Of a stretch of 64,000 nucleotides of DNA, positions 48,089 through 57,694 are shown piece after piece. Numbering within the stretch: position 1 is the first letter of the stretch; each line of letters begins with the position of its first letter. The DNA lies in NCBI GenBank assembly GCA_019425045.1, contig JAHYYI010000007.1, positions 1,490 through 65,489 of the forward strand, written 5' to 3'. The translations under genes were made by a program, and so were the position numbers. Below the pieces are notes generated by a model. That model saw only the letters and a program-made list of their open reading frames with translations. It had not been told where the DNA came from and did not search any database. The stretch is from Collinsella sp. (lineage in GTDB: Bacteria > Actinomycetota > Coriobacteriia > Coriobacteriales > Coriobacteriaceae).

Positions 48089-49222
48089 ATGAGCACTTCA
48101 ATTCAACCGAACGCGCCGTTTCGCGCTGATATCGTCGGCAGCTTTCTTCGTCCGCAGACCGTAAAGGATGCCCGCGCTGCCTATGCGGCAGGCACGCTTG
48201 ATGCCGAGGAGCTTAAGGCCGTCGAGGACGATGCCATTCGCGATTTGGTGGCAAAGCAAAAGGCCGCCGGCCTGCAGGTCATCACCGATGGCGAGTTTCG
48301 CCGCAGCTACTGGCACCTCGATTTTATGTGGGGGCTGAACGGCGTCGAGCGTCGCACCTCGCGTACGGGCTATATGTTCCACGATGAGGAGACCACGGCC
48401 GATACCGCCGTGGTAACCGGTCCCATTAGCGGCGAGAACCATCCGTTTGTCGAGCACTTTAAGTTTGTCAAGGCACTTGAGGGCGAGGGCCACGTTGCAC
48501 GCCAGACCATCCCGGCGCCGATTCAGACGTTCTCCGAAGTCACGCTCGACCGCTGTGATGGCCAGCAGGAGAGTCTGCACGCTGTCTACAAGACCGACGA
48601 AGAGCTCGTCGATGCCATTGCCGCAGCATATCGCACCGTGATTGCCGACCTGTATGCCGCGGGCTGTCGCAACATTCAATTTGATGACTGCACCTGGGGC
48701 ATCTATTGCGATACCGACTTTGTGGCAAAGACTGGTATGAGCCCGGTCGACCTGCAAAAGGTGTCCGAGCTGAGCGTGGCGCTCAACAACGCCGCCATCG
48801 AGGGCAAGCCCGACGACCTGGTCATCAACACGCATGTGTGCCGTGGTAATTACCACTCCACCTATGCTTTTGAAGGCGGCTACGACCCCATCGCTCCATA
48901 TCTGTTTGCGCATGAGGACGTCGATGCGTTCTATCTGGAGTTCGATACACCGCGCGCCGGTGGCTTTGAGCCGCTCAAGTATGTTGCCCCCGGCAAGAAG
49001 GTCGTGTTGGGCCTGGTGACCACCAAGGCTGCGGAGCTCGAGGATGAGGACGCTATCGTTGAGCGCATCCGCGAGGCCGCCCAGTATGTGCCGCTCGAGA
49101 ACCTGTATCTGTCTCCGCAGTGTGGCTTTGCCAGCTGCGAGATTGGCAACAAGCTGACCGAGGACGAGCAATGGGCAAAGATCGCGCTGGTCAAGCGCGT
49201 TGCCGAGCGCGTTTGGAAATAG
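48089..49222 (+). CDS. Cobalamin-independent methionine synthase, single-domain (YxjH-like)
   Basis: VGSFLRP, TDGEFRR, HVCRGN, LEFD, SPQCGFAS. Confidence 0.92.
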   Translation: MSTSIQPNAPFRADIVGSFLRPQTVKDARAAYAAGTLDAEELKAVEDDAIRDLVAKQKAAGLQVITDGEFRRSYWHLDFMWGLNGVERRTSRTGYMFHDEETTADTAVVTGPISGENHPFVEHFKFVKALEGEGHVARQTIPAPIQTFSEVTLDRCDGQQESLHAVYKTDEELVDAIAAAYRTVIADLYAAGCRNIQFDDCTWGIYCDTDFVAKTGMSPVDLQKVSELSVALNNAAIEGKPDDLVINTHVCRGNYHSTYAFEGGYDPIAPYLFAHEDVDAFYLEFDTPRAGGFEPLKYVAPGKKVVLGLVTTKAAELEDEDAIVERIREAAQYVPLENLYLSPQCGFASCEIGNKLTEDEQWAKIALVKRVAERVWK

Positions 49223-49344
49223 CGGTAACGTTCGCAGGTGACGGCGCATGCGAGACATGGCGTATCGCGTACAATGGTTCGGATCGTATCGTTCGGGCAG
49301 GTTATCCGATATGCCCGATCGCCCTTCCATTCGAAAGGACATCC

Positions 49345-50679
49345 ATGTCCCAGTCTTCGACGCCCGCCGTCGCCGATGCCATCTACGATGCGTCATCGCT
49401 CGGCCGCCCGCGCATGTTCCTACTCGGTCTGCAGCATCTATTCGCGATGTTTGGCGCCACGGTGTTGGTGCCCGTGCTCACCGGTCTCTCGGTGTCGGCA
49501 ACGCTTTTGTTTGCCGGCTTGGGCACGCTGCTGTTCCACTTCCTGTCGCGCGGCAAGGTGCCAGCGTTTTTGGGATCTTCGTTTGCCTTTATCGCGGGCT
49601 ATGCCGCCATCGCGCCCAACGGCGAGGCTGAGCTCTTGCCCTACGCTTGCCTGGGCGTTGCCTGCGCCGGCCTGCTCTATCCGGTGCTGGCAGCGCTGTT
49701 CCGCGCATTTGGCGCCAAACGTGTCATGCGCTTCTTTCCGCCGGTGGTGACCGGTCCCATCGTCATTTCCATCGGCTTGATCCTGGCAAGCTCCGCCATT
49801 GCCAACTGCCAGACCAATTGGCTCGTCGCCGTTATCGCCGTGGCCGTGATCGTCATCTGCAACATCTGGGGCCGCGGCATGGTCAAGATCGTGCCGATTT
49901 TGCTGGGCGTTGTGGTGAGCTATGCCGTTGCGACTGCGCTGGGCGAGGTCGACTTTTCTGGCGTCGCAGCCGCTCCCTGGGTTGGTTTGCCCATCGTGTG
50001 GGATAACACCGTGTTTGCGCTCTTTGGGCCGCAGTTCGATAGCGGTCTTGCCACGACGGCCATCATCACCATCATGCCGCTGGCCTTTGCGACTATGATC
50101 GAGCATATCGGCGATATCTCCGCCATCGGCTCCACCTGCGAGCGCAACTACATTGCCGATCCTGGCCTGCATCGCACGCTGCTCGGCGACGGCCTTGCCA
50201 CGATCCTGGCTTCGCTCTTTGGCGCTCCGGCCAACACCACGTATGGCGAGAACACCGGTGTGCTCGCCCTGACGCGCGTGTTCGACCCGCGCGTGATTCG
50301 CATTGCCGCGTGCTGCGCCATCGTGCTTTCGTTCTGCCCCAAGTTCGCCGCGGTCATCGCCGCCATGCCGGCGTGTGTAATCGGCGGAGTGTCGCTCGTG
50401 CCCTACGGCATGATCAGCGCTGTGGGCGTTCGCAACCTCATCGAGAACCAGGTCGATTTCCAAAACAACCGCAACGTGCTGGTGGCCGCCCTGGTGCTCG
50501 TGCTTTCGCTCGGCATCGCGTACAGCACCGCCGGTGCCATCGTGTTGGAGCTGGGTGGCGTGACGATTTCGCTTTCGGGTCTTGCCGTGGGTTCGCTGGT
50601 GGGTATCGTGCTCAATGCGATTCTGCCGGGTAATGACTTTGAGTTCGACGTTTCTGAGCTTGAGGAGGCTGCTGAGTAA
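49345..50679 (+). CDS. Uracil/xanthine permease (UraA-like, NCS2)
   Basis: QHLFAMFG, GSSFAFI, PPVVTGP, EHIGD, TTYGEN. Confidence 0.92.
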   Translation: MSQSSTPAVADAIYDASSLGRPRMFLLGLQHLFAMFGATVLVPVLTGLSVSATLLFAGLGTLLFHFLSRGKVPAFLGSSFAFIAGYAAIAPNGEAELLPYACLGVACAGLLYPVLAALFRAFGAKRVMRFFPPVVTGPIVISIGLILASSAIANCQTNWLVAVIAVAVIVICNIWGRGMVKIVPILLGVVVSYAVATALGEVDFSGVAAAPWVGLPIVWDNTVFALFGPQFDSGLATTAIITIMPLAFATMIEHIGDISAIGSTCERNYIADPGLHRTLLGDGLATILASLFGAPANTTYGENTGVLALTRVFDPRVIRIAACCAIVLSFCPKFAAVIAAMPACVIGGVSLVPYGMISAVGVRNLIENQVDFQNNRNVLVAALVLVLSLGIAYSTAGAIVLELGGVTISLSGLAVGSLVGIVLNAILPGNDFEFDVSELEEAAE

Positions 50680-50700
50680 CAACTGCGTCCAGCTGAATCA

Positions 50701-50738
50701 AAAAATGGCGCCCATGCGTACGCGCGGGCGTCATTTTT
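50701..50738. terminator. Bidirectional terminator
   Basis: AAAAATGGCGCCC...GGGCGTCATTTTT between convergent genes. Confidence 0.7.
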
Positions 50739-51402
50739 AATGCGTCAATATCCAGTGGATGCCACGTGCCATGCGCAGATTGGTTTGGGCAAAGTGATTA
50801 CCGGGGTTGAGCTCCAGCGTTGTTGGAATGCCGCGCTCGACGAGCAACGCTTCCATCGCACGTGTGTCGTCGAGTACATGCCGCATCATGCGGTTGGGCG
50901 TCTTGGTCTCCTTTTTGCCGAGCGACAGGTAGACGGCGTCGGGCGTAACTGCCATCGCGTGCTCGTGAGCATAGTCGATAAAGCCAGGAAACCATAGCGA
51001 CCCCGATGCGCTTGCAACGCGGTCAAAGGCATCAGTCTGCCAGAGGGCCCAAAGCGAAAAGAGGCCCGCGAGCGAGTAGCCGGCAATGCCACGCCAAGCA
51101 GGTGGCTGTGGGAGCGATAATTCGAGCTTTGGGATTATCCGGTTCAGCAACTCATCAAGAAAACCGGCAGCTTGGCCGCCGAAAGGCTCGGCATCGCGTA
51201 CGGTCCCGTCGCATGCCCAGGGGCTCAGCTCGCGATTCCAATCGAGCCCGCCAATGGCGACGAGGGTGAATGGCGGACAGTCGAGCTCTCGGCAGCGGTC
51301 ATAAACATCGCTACCGTCGCCCATGACCACGGGAAGATAGATGACTGGTGCGCTTTCGGCATGCTGTGCATGAACGGTTATCTGCTTTTGATGCGCTTCC
51401 AT
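50737..51402 (-). CDS. Alpha/beta-hydrolase (putative esterase)
   Basis: GYSLAG nucleophile elbow, SGSLWF, GNHF. Confidence 0.85.
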   Translation of the reverse strand: MEAHQKQITVHAQHAESAPVIYLPVVMGDGSDVYDRCRELDCPPFTLVAIGGLDWNRELSPWACDGTVRDAEPFGGQAAGFLDELLNRIIPKLELSLPQPPAWRGIAGYSLAGLFSLWALWQTDAFDRVASASGSLWFPGFIDYAHEHAMAVTPDAVYLSLGKKETKTPNRMMRHVLDDTRAMEALLVERGIPTTLELNPGNHFAQTNLRMARGIHWILTH

Positions 51403-51609
51403 GACGGGCTTCTCTCGGCGTTGTGATATCGACGGCCCCCATTGTCGCACGTCGGCTCATGCAGGTTGGGCTAGACCAAAGACAATCTCGTGCATACCCT
51501 GCGGACGCATATGGAAAACGCCACCGCCGGAGGGGAGCTCGGTGGTGGCGTTGTTAAACGGTGCTGGGACTCGGGGCCTTCGCGGGAGCTGCCATGTGCG
51601 CAGAGGCGT

Positions 51610-53385
51610 CTAAGAGCGCTTGCGGCTCGCCATGGTGCCTGCGGCGATAGCGGCTGTTCCCGCAAGGACGGTTGCCACGATGACCGCACCCGAGGTGTCG
51701 CCGGTTGCCGCGAGCACGCCGGTGGCCTTGGCCTTCGTGGTTGCAACCGCAACGGTCTTGGTCGTCTTTGCGCCCTCGGGCTTGGGGTCCTGCTTGGACT
51801 CCGCGGGCTTGGTCTCGTCGGGCTTGGGGTCTTCCGGCTTGGCTACCTCGGGAGGTGCGATGACCATGCTCTTGGCGACAGCTTCGTTATAGGGGGAGTC
51901 GATCACAGCGTCGCCCGTGCCGATGGCTTGGCCTGCCTCGTAGATGCCGTCACGGAGCTTGCGATAGTCAATGACCTTGCCGCCTTTGGGCGTCTGGATG
52001 GCGGCGTTCTCAATCTTGATGGTGCCGATTGTCTTGCCGTCAGCGCTCATGGCACGGGCAAAGATTGCCGCTGTATCTCCTTCGGCCGTTACCTTGCTGC
52101 GGATGATCGAGATGACTGCGGGTGTGACGCCCTCGCTGGTCTGGGCGATGATGCCGATGTTCTCGCCTTGGGGCTCGGGGCTCGTCTCGCCATCTTGGTT
52201 TTCGCTGTAGGGGGTGGGGCCGTCGCCGTTCTCGACATAGCGGGCTATGGCCTTGACAACGGAGTCGCTGATGTAGATGTGGCCACCCTCCTCGTTGGGT
52301 CGATCGTTTCTGGTGGAGAATGCAGCCGAAACCTCGCCTTCCGCAAACGCGTCCACGGTGGAGCCGTTCTTGACGACGATGTCGTCCTGGTAGGTGAAGA
52401 GGGCGATGGCGCCACCGTATCTGCCTTTACCTGCACGGACTGTCACGTTTGCATGATCGAGGGTGATGCCCTTGTGGACATAGACGCCATATTCAACACC
52501 GTTTGCGTTGAGGGAGGCGTTTGTGGCTGCGAGGCTGCCCTTGGCCTCGACGGCGGCGTCTTTCTCGGAGCTCGCCTTGACCTGGCTGCCGTCCGAGATA
52601 TTGATGTTGCCGCCGCTCCAAATGGCCTCACCATCGGCTGAGCTTGCCTCGACTGTGCCGCCACCCTTGATGGTGAGGCTCTTGTCGGTTCCGATACCCT
52701 TGTCCTTGGTAGCCCTGGCGGTGACGGCCCCGCTGTCGTCAATCGTGATATTGCCGTTTGCCCTGATGCCATCCGATACGCCCGTGGCGTTGACGTTGCC
52801 CGAACCTTTGATAGCGAGATCGCCCTCGGCGTCGATGGCATCAAACCCAGCGCTCGTGGCGTTGACGGATCCGGCTCCGTCGATGTTGATATTACCCGTG
52901 GAGAGGATAGCGTCCTCAGTAGATGTCACGCTGAGCGTGCTGCCCGCGTCGCCTTGGATATTGAGCTCGGCGTTCTCATTCTTGCCATGAGAAGCCTTGA
53001 TGCCTTCGATCCAGTCGGCAGTGACGATGTTGTTTCCCGAGTAATTCACGTTGAGCTTGCCTGCGGCCTGGATCTCGCCGCCGTTATAGTTGTTGAGCTT
53101 CAAGTCGTCGGCGCCGTCCCACGACCAGGTGCCGGTCTCGTCGCCCGCCGCAGTGCCGGCGTTGTATTTGGTTTCGCCGACCTTGACCCATTCCGCCGCG
53201 AGCGAGACGCTCGGCATGAGCAGCGAGCTCACCGTGAGCGCGCACACGGCGCCTACGACGATGCGGCGCGTCACGCGGCGCCAGCTGCCGTGCGCGAGTC
53301 CTATGCGACGGCGAACGTCGGGTTCGGCAACATGGGTTCCGGCGGTAGTGTCATTGCGTTTGGGGGTCGTGAACAAGGCTGCCAT
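51610..53385 (-). CDS. Sortase-anchored beta-helix surface protein (Cthe_2159-like), paralog 1
   Basis: Signal peptide ending SLA-A, repeated D[AG]I...G...I.G.G.V.A coils, P/K/E linker, LAATGD + TM + RKRS. Confidence 0.8.
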   Translation of the reverse strand: MAALFTTPKRNDTTAGTHVAEPDVRRRIGLAHGSWRRVTRRIVVGAVCALTVSSLLMPSVSLAAEWVKVGETKYNAGTAAGDETGTWSWDGADDLKLNNYNGGEIQAAGKLNVNYSGNNIVTADWIEGIKASHGKNENAELNIQGDAGSTLSVTSTEDAILSTGNINIDGAGSVNATSAGFDAIDAEGDLAIKGSGNVNATGVSDGIRANGNITIDDSGAVTARATKDKGIGTDKSLTIKGGGTVEASSADGEAIWSGGNINISDGSQVKASSEKDAAVEAKGSLAATNASLNANGVEYGVYVHKGITLDHANVTVRAGKGRYGGAIALFTYQDDIVVKNGSTVDAFAEGEVSAAFSTRNDRPNEEGGHIYISDSVVKAIARYVENGDGPTPYSENQDGETSPEPQGENIGIIAQTSEGVTPAVISIIRSKVTAEGDTAAIFARAMSADGKTIGTIKIENAAIQTPKGGKVIDYRKLRDGIYEAGQAIGTGDAVIDSPYNEAVAKSMVIAPPEVAKPEDPKPDETKPAESKQDPKPEGAKTTKTVAVATTKAKATGVLAATGDTSGAVIVATVLAGTAAIAAGTMASRKRS

Positions 53386-53589
53386 GGTTGCTCCCGTTCT
53401 CATAGGGCCTATACGGCTAGGTTCAGCGTATCTGCTGGATGTTGCCGGCGGTAGTGCCGTTTGGAGGGCAAAATGGCCAAAATGGGGGAGAAATAGGCCG
53501 CACGCCGGCGCAGGGACCGACGCTAAAAGAAAAGCGCGGGGCCGCATGGCGACTCCGCGCTTTATTGTTCAGCTTTTGCAGCCTTGCCC

Positions 53590-53635
53590 TTACGCTACGA
53601 AGAAGTAGACGGGGAAGGCAAGGGCTGCGATCCAC
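53590..53635 (-). pseudogene. Duplicated 3' end of the NCS2 permease gene
   Basis: Encodes WIAALAFPVYFFVA*, versus WIAALAFLVYFFVA* at 55637-55682. Confidence 0.85.
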
Positions 53636-53656
53636 CCGTCCTGTGCGAAAAAGTGT

Positions 53657-55429
53657 TTACGAGCGTTTGCGACTCGCCAGGGCGCCTGCGGCGATGGCGG
53701 CTGTTCCCGCAAGGGCGGCTGCCACGATGGCTGCGTTCGAGGTGTCGCCGGTTGCCGCGAGCTTGCCGACGGTCTTGGCTCCCTTGGCTGCAACTGCAAC
53801 GGTCTTGGTTGTCTTCGTGCCCTCGGACTTGGAACCCTCGGGCTTGGTCTTGCCGTGCTTTTCCTCGGGCTTGGTCTCCTCGGGAGGCACGATGACCGTG
53901 CTCTTGGCGACAGCGGCGTCATAGGGGGAGTCAATCGTGGCATCGCCCGTGCCGATGGTCTGCCCCGCCTCGTAGACGATGCCGTCGCTGAGCTCTTCCT
54001 TGTTGCGATAGTCAATGACTTTGCCGCCTGCAGGCGTCTGGATGGTGGCGTCCTTGATTTCGATGGTGCCGATCGCCTTGCCGTCCGCGCTCATGGCAAG
54101 GGCGAAGATAGCCGCCGTGTCTCCCTCGGCCGTGACCTTGCTGCGGACGATCGAGATGGTCGCGGGCGTGATGCCCTTCTCGGTCTGCGCGAAGATGCCG
54201 ATGTTCAGGCCCTCGGACTCAGGGATGATTTCGTCGTTTTGGTCTCCACTGTAGTGGTCGGGGCCGTCGCCGCCGGTCTCGGCATAGCGGGCTATGGCCT
54301 TGACAACGGAGTCGCTGATGTAGATATGGCCACCCGCTTCGTCGGAGTAGAAATTACTGGTGGAGATTGCAACCGAGAACCTGCCTTCTGCGAGCGCATC
54401 CACAGTCGAGCCGTTCTTGATGACGATGTCGTCCTCATCGGTGAAGAGTGCGCTGGCTTCCCCGCCATCTGAGCTTGCGCGGACCGTCACGGTCGCGCCA
54501 TCGAGCGTGATGCCCTTGTAGACATAGATGCCATACCCAACGCCACTTGCGTTGAGGGAAGCGTTCGTGACCGTGAGGCTGTTTTTACCGTCGATGGCGG
54601 CGTCTTCCTCGGAGCTTGCCTTGACCTGGCTGCCCCCCGAGATCTCGATGTTGCCGTCGGCCCAAATCGCATTGTCTTTGATAGAGCTTGCCTCTACCTT
54701 GCCGCCGCCCTTTATGATGAGGTTCTCGTTAGCATCGATACCCTGATCCTCGGTGGCCTTGGCGGTGACGGTTCCGCTGTTGTCGATCGTGATGTTGCCG
54801 TCGGCCCTGATGCCATCCGAATCGCCCGTGGCGTTAACGTTTCCCGAGCCCTTGATGGTGACATCGCCCCCGGCATCGATGGCATCGTGCTCGGTGCTCG
54901 TGGCGTTGACAGTGCCAGCGCCGTCGATGTTGATGTTGCCGACGGAAGTGATGGCGTCACGAGAAGATGTCACGTTGAGCGTGCTGGACGCGTCGCCCTG
55001 AATATTAAGCTCGGCGTTCTCGTTCGCGCCATCCTTAACCTTGATGCCGCGGCCGTTGTCGTTAGTGACGGTGTTGTTGCCCTCGTAGCTCACGTTGAGC
55101 TTGCCCGCTGCCTCGATCGCGCCGCCGTTATAGCCGTTGAGCTTCATGTCGTCGGCGCCGTCCCAGCTCCAGGTGCCGGCGGCGTCGCCCGCCGCGGTGC
55201 CGGCGTTGTATTGGGTGCCGCCGACGTCCACCCACTCGGCCGCGAGCGAGACGCTCGGCATGAGCAGCGAACTTACCGTGAGCGCGCATACGGCGCCTAC
55301 AACGATGCGGCGTGTCACGCGGCGCCAGCTGCCGTGTGCGAGCAGCGTGCGACGGCGCACGTCGGGCTCGACAAAATGGGCTCCAGAGGTTTTGTCATTG
55401 CGCTTGGGGGTCGTGAACAAGGCGGCCAT
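53657..55429 (-). CDS. Sortase-anchored beta-helix surface protein, paralog 2
   Basis: Colinear with paralog 1; LAATGD + TM + RKRS; GGGAG RBS. Confidence 0.8.
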   Translation of the reverse strand: MAALFTTPKRNDKTSGAHFVEPDVRRRTLLAHGSWRRVTRRIVVGAVCALTVSSLLMPSVSLAAEWVDVGGTQYNAGTAAGDAAGTWSWDGADDMKLNGYNGGAIEAAGKLNVSYEGNNTVTNDNGRGIKVKDGANENAELNIQGDASSTLNVTSSRDAITSVGNINIDGAGTVNATSTEHDAIDAGGDVTIKGSGNVNATGDSDGIRADGNITIDNSGTVTAKATEDQGIDANENLIIKGGGKVEASSIKDNAIWADGNIEISGGSQVKASSEEDAAIDGKNSLTVTNASLNASGVGYGIYVYKGITLDGATVTVRASSDGGEASALFTDEDDIVIKNGSTVDALAEGRFSVAISTSNFYSDEAGGHIYISDSVVKAIARYAETGGDGPDHYSGDQNDEIIPESEGLNIGIFAQTEKGITPATISIVRSKVTAEGDTAAIFALAMSADGKAIGTIEIKDATIQTPAGGKVIDYRNKEELSDGIVYEAGQTIGTGDATIDSPYDAAVAKSTVIVPPEETKPEEKHGKTKPEGSKSEGTKTTKTVAVAAKGAKTVGKLAATGDTSNAAIVAAALAGTAAIAAGALASRKRS

Positions 55430-55569
55430 GGTTACTCCCATCCTCATAGGGCCTATGCGATTACGCCCAGCATATCTGCAGGATGTAGCCGGCGGTAGTG
55501 CCGTTTGGAGAGCAAAACGTCCAAAACTTGCGAAGCAATACATCGCGCGTCCGTGTGGCGCCTGGCTTT

Positions 55570-55617
55570 AAAAGCAAAGCGCGGAGCCGCTCGATGCGAC
55601 TCCGCGCTTTGCTGTTT
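55570..55617 (-). terminator. Terminator of the NCS2 permease gene (degenerate copy at ~53527-53563)
   Basis: AGCAAAGCGCGGAG...CTCCGCGCTTTGCT. Confidence 0.7.
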
Positions 55618-55636
55618 GGTATTGCAAATCTTGCGC

Positions 55637-56950
55637 CTACGCTACAAAGAAGTAGACGAGGAAGGCAAGTGCTGCGATCCACATGAGCGGCTTGATCTTG
55701 GAGGCCTCGCCCTTAAAGAGCGCGACGATCACGTAGGCGATAAAGCCCAGGCCAATGCCGGCAGAGATGGAGTAAGTGAAGGGCACGCCGGCGACAATCA
55801 TGAACGCCGGGAAACCTTGCGACACGTCGGACCAGTCGATCTCGGAGGCCTCGCTCATCATGAGGTAGCCGACGTAGACCAGAGCACCGCAGGTGGCGGC
55901 GCTGGAAACGATGGTGACGATGGGGGAGAAGAACGCGGCGAGGATGAACAGCACGCCGGTGGTGACGGAGGTGAGACCCGTGCGGCCACCGTCGGCAGCG
56001 CCGGACGTGGACTCGACGAAAGTGGTGATGGAGGAGACGCCCATAAAGCCACCGGCAGCAGCGGCCACGGAGTCGACGACCAGGATGGGACGGATGTCCT
56101 CGACATTGCCGTCCTCGGTCAGGAACTCGCCCTGCTTGGCGACGGCCATCGCGGTGCCCATGGTGTCGAAGAAGTCACTCATGAGCAGCGAGAAGGCCAC
56201 GACGAGCAGCATCGGGTCGGTCAGAACCTTCACGATGGCCATGTTGCCATCGGCGGTGCTGGCAAACGGGGCGCCAAAGGTCGAGAAGTCGAGCGGTGCG
56301 ATGAGGCCCTCGGGCGCATGAGTGACGCCCAGCGGGATACCGGCGATAACGGCGACGATGATGCCGATGAGCAGCGAGCCCGGCACGTTGCGGGAAGCCA
56401 GGGCGACCGTCACGACGATGGAGATGATGCCGACGATAAAGGTGGGGGAGGTGATGTCGCCCAGGCCGACAAGCGTACCGGCGCCAGCGGTGATGATGCC
56501 GGCGTCGCACAGGCCGATCATGGCGATAAACAGGCCCAGACCCACCGAGATGGCGTGGCGCAGGACCACGGGGATGGCGTCCATGATGGCCTCGCGCAGG
56601 CCGCAAAGGACGAGCAGCAAGATGACGACGCCCTCGAGGAAGATAACGCTCATGGCCACGTGCCAGTCGCCGCCGCACATGGTGGTGGCGATGCCCGCAA
56701 TCATGGCGTTGATGCCCAGACCCGACGCACAGGCGAGCGGGCGGTTGGCGAAGATACCCATGCAGATGGTCATGATGCCGGCGCCCAGGCAGGTGGCGCA
56801 GGCGAGCGCTCCCGCATCGATGCCAGCGCCCGAGAGCACTGCGGGGTTGACGGCGATGATGTAGGCCATCGCCAGGAATGTTGTCAGTCCAGCGCGAAGT
56901 TCGGTCCCGATTGTGGACTTGCGCTCACTGACGTGAAAAAGTTCGTCCAT
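55637..56950 (-). CDS. AzgA/PbuG-like purine permease (NCS2)
   Basis: TELRAGLTTFLAMAYIIAVNP, DFFDTMGT, ES.SG...GGRTGLT. Confidence 0.93.
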   Translation of the reverse strand: MDELFHVSERKSTIGTELRAGLTTFLAMAYIIAVNPAVLSGAGIDAGALACATCLGAGIMTICMGIFANRPLACASGLGINAMIAGIATTMCGGDWHVAMSVIFLEGVVILLLVLCGLREAIMDAIPVVLRHAISVGLGLFIAMIGLCDAGIITAGAGTLVGLGDITSPTFIVGIISIVVTVALASRNVPGSLLIGIIVAVIAGIPLGVTHAPEGLIAPLDFSTFGAPFASTADGNMAIVKVLTDPMLLVVAFSLLMSDFFDTMGTAMAVAKQGEFLTEDGNVEDIRPILVVDSVAAAAGGFMGVSSITTFVESTSGAADGGRTGLTSVTTGVLFILAAFFSPIVTIVSSAATCGALVYVGYLMMSEASEIDWSDVSQGFPAFMIVAGVPFTYSISAGIGLGFIAYVIVALFKGEASKIKPLMWIAALAFLVYFFVA

Positions 56951-57143
56951 GCATACCCTTTCCTTGTTCGGCCCCGAGTTTAGGCCGATTGACACGAACT
57001 CACCCACTATATCGCCTTTGTGAAGTTGGTGTTCCTCACATGTTGATGTTCGGCGGTTTGTAACGGACGGGCGGTATCTTTCGCATGAAATTGTGTAGGT
57101 ACCGTATACTTAAGCGGTTACAACGACCCCTATGGAGGAACGT

Positions 57144-57563
57144 ATGATTAAAGAGCTCTGCCGCGACGAGGCTATCCTGTCTCAGCGTTGCGAGGTTGCG
57201 ACTGTCGAGGACGAATCGGTCGCTCAGGATCTGATTGATACCATCAAGTCGCTCGATGATGCCGGCTGCTTGGCCGCCAATCAGATTGGCGTTACCAAGA
57301 AGGTCTGCGTCTACCTGGACGATGCCGGCGAGCCCCACGTGCTCTACAACCCCCGTCTGGTGTTTGGCCTGGGCGCCAGCAAGATGGAGGAGAGCTGCCT
57401 GACGCACGAGGAGGTCACCAAGTCCACGCGCTACATCAAGTGCAAGGTTGCCTTTGACCAGATCGTCGACGGCAAGATGAAGGAGTGCCGCCGCGACTAC
57501 GCGGGCTTTGAGGCGCAGATGGTCCAGCATATGATCGACCACTGTCTTGGAAAGTTGGTCTAA
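57144..57563 (+). CDS. Peptide deformylase-like protein with degenerate catalytic motifs
   Basis: GCLAANQIG, EESCL, QHMIDH (no catalytic Glu). Confidence 0.8.
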   Translation: MIKELCRDEAILSQRCEVATVEDESVAQDLIDTIKSLDDAGCLAANQIGVTKKVCVYLDDAGEPHVLYNPRLVFGLGASKMEESCLTHEEVTKSTRYIKCKVAFDQIVDGKMKECRRDYAGFEAQMVQHMIDHCLGKLV

Positions 57564-57694
57564 GGGGACCAAAGCACCGCACTTCGTCTCTTTTGGTCCG
57601 GGCGTGACATTGTTGTCATGTCCGGGCTTTTGTGTTTAGCGCCTTTTTGTTTGGTGACAATAACCTTAGCAAGAACGTAAAGCTAGGAGGCGCT

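Noticed and set aside
53590..55682. Integrated element with attL/attR at the permease 3' end
   Set aside because: No integrase, and the whole neighbouring unit is paralogous, so tandem duplication is simpler.
56951..57130. Purine riboswitch upstream of the NCS2 permease
   Set aside because: No recognisable purine aptamer core on the minus strand.
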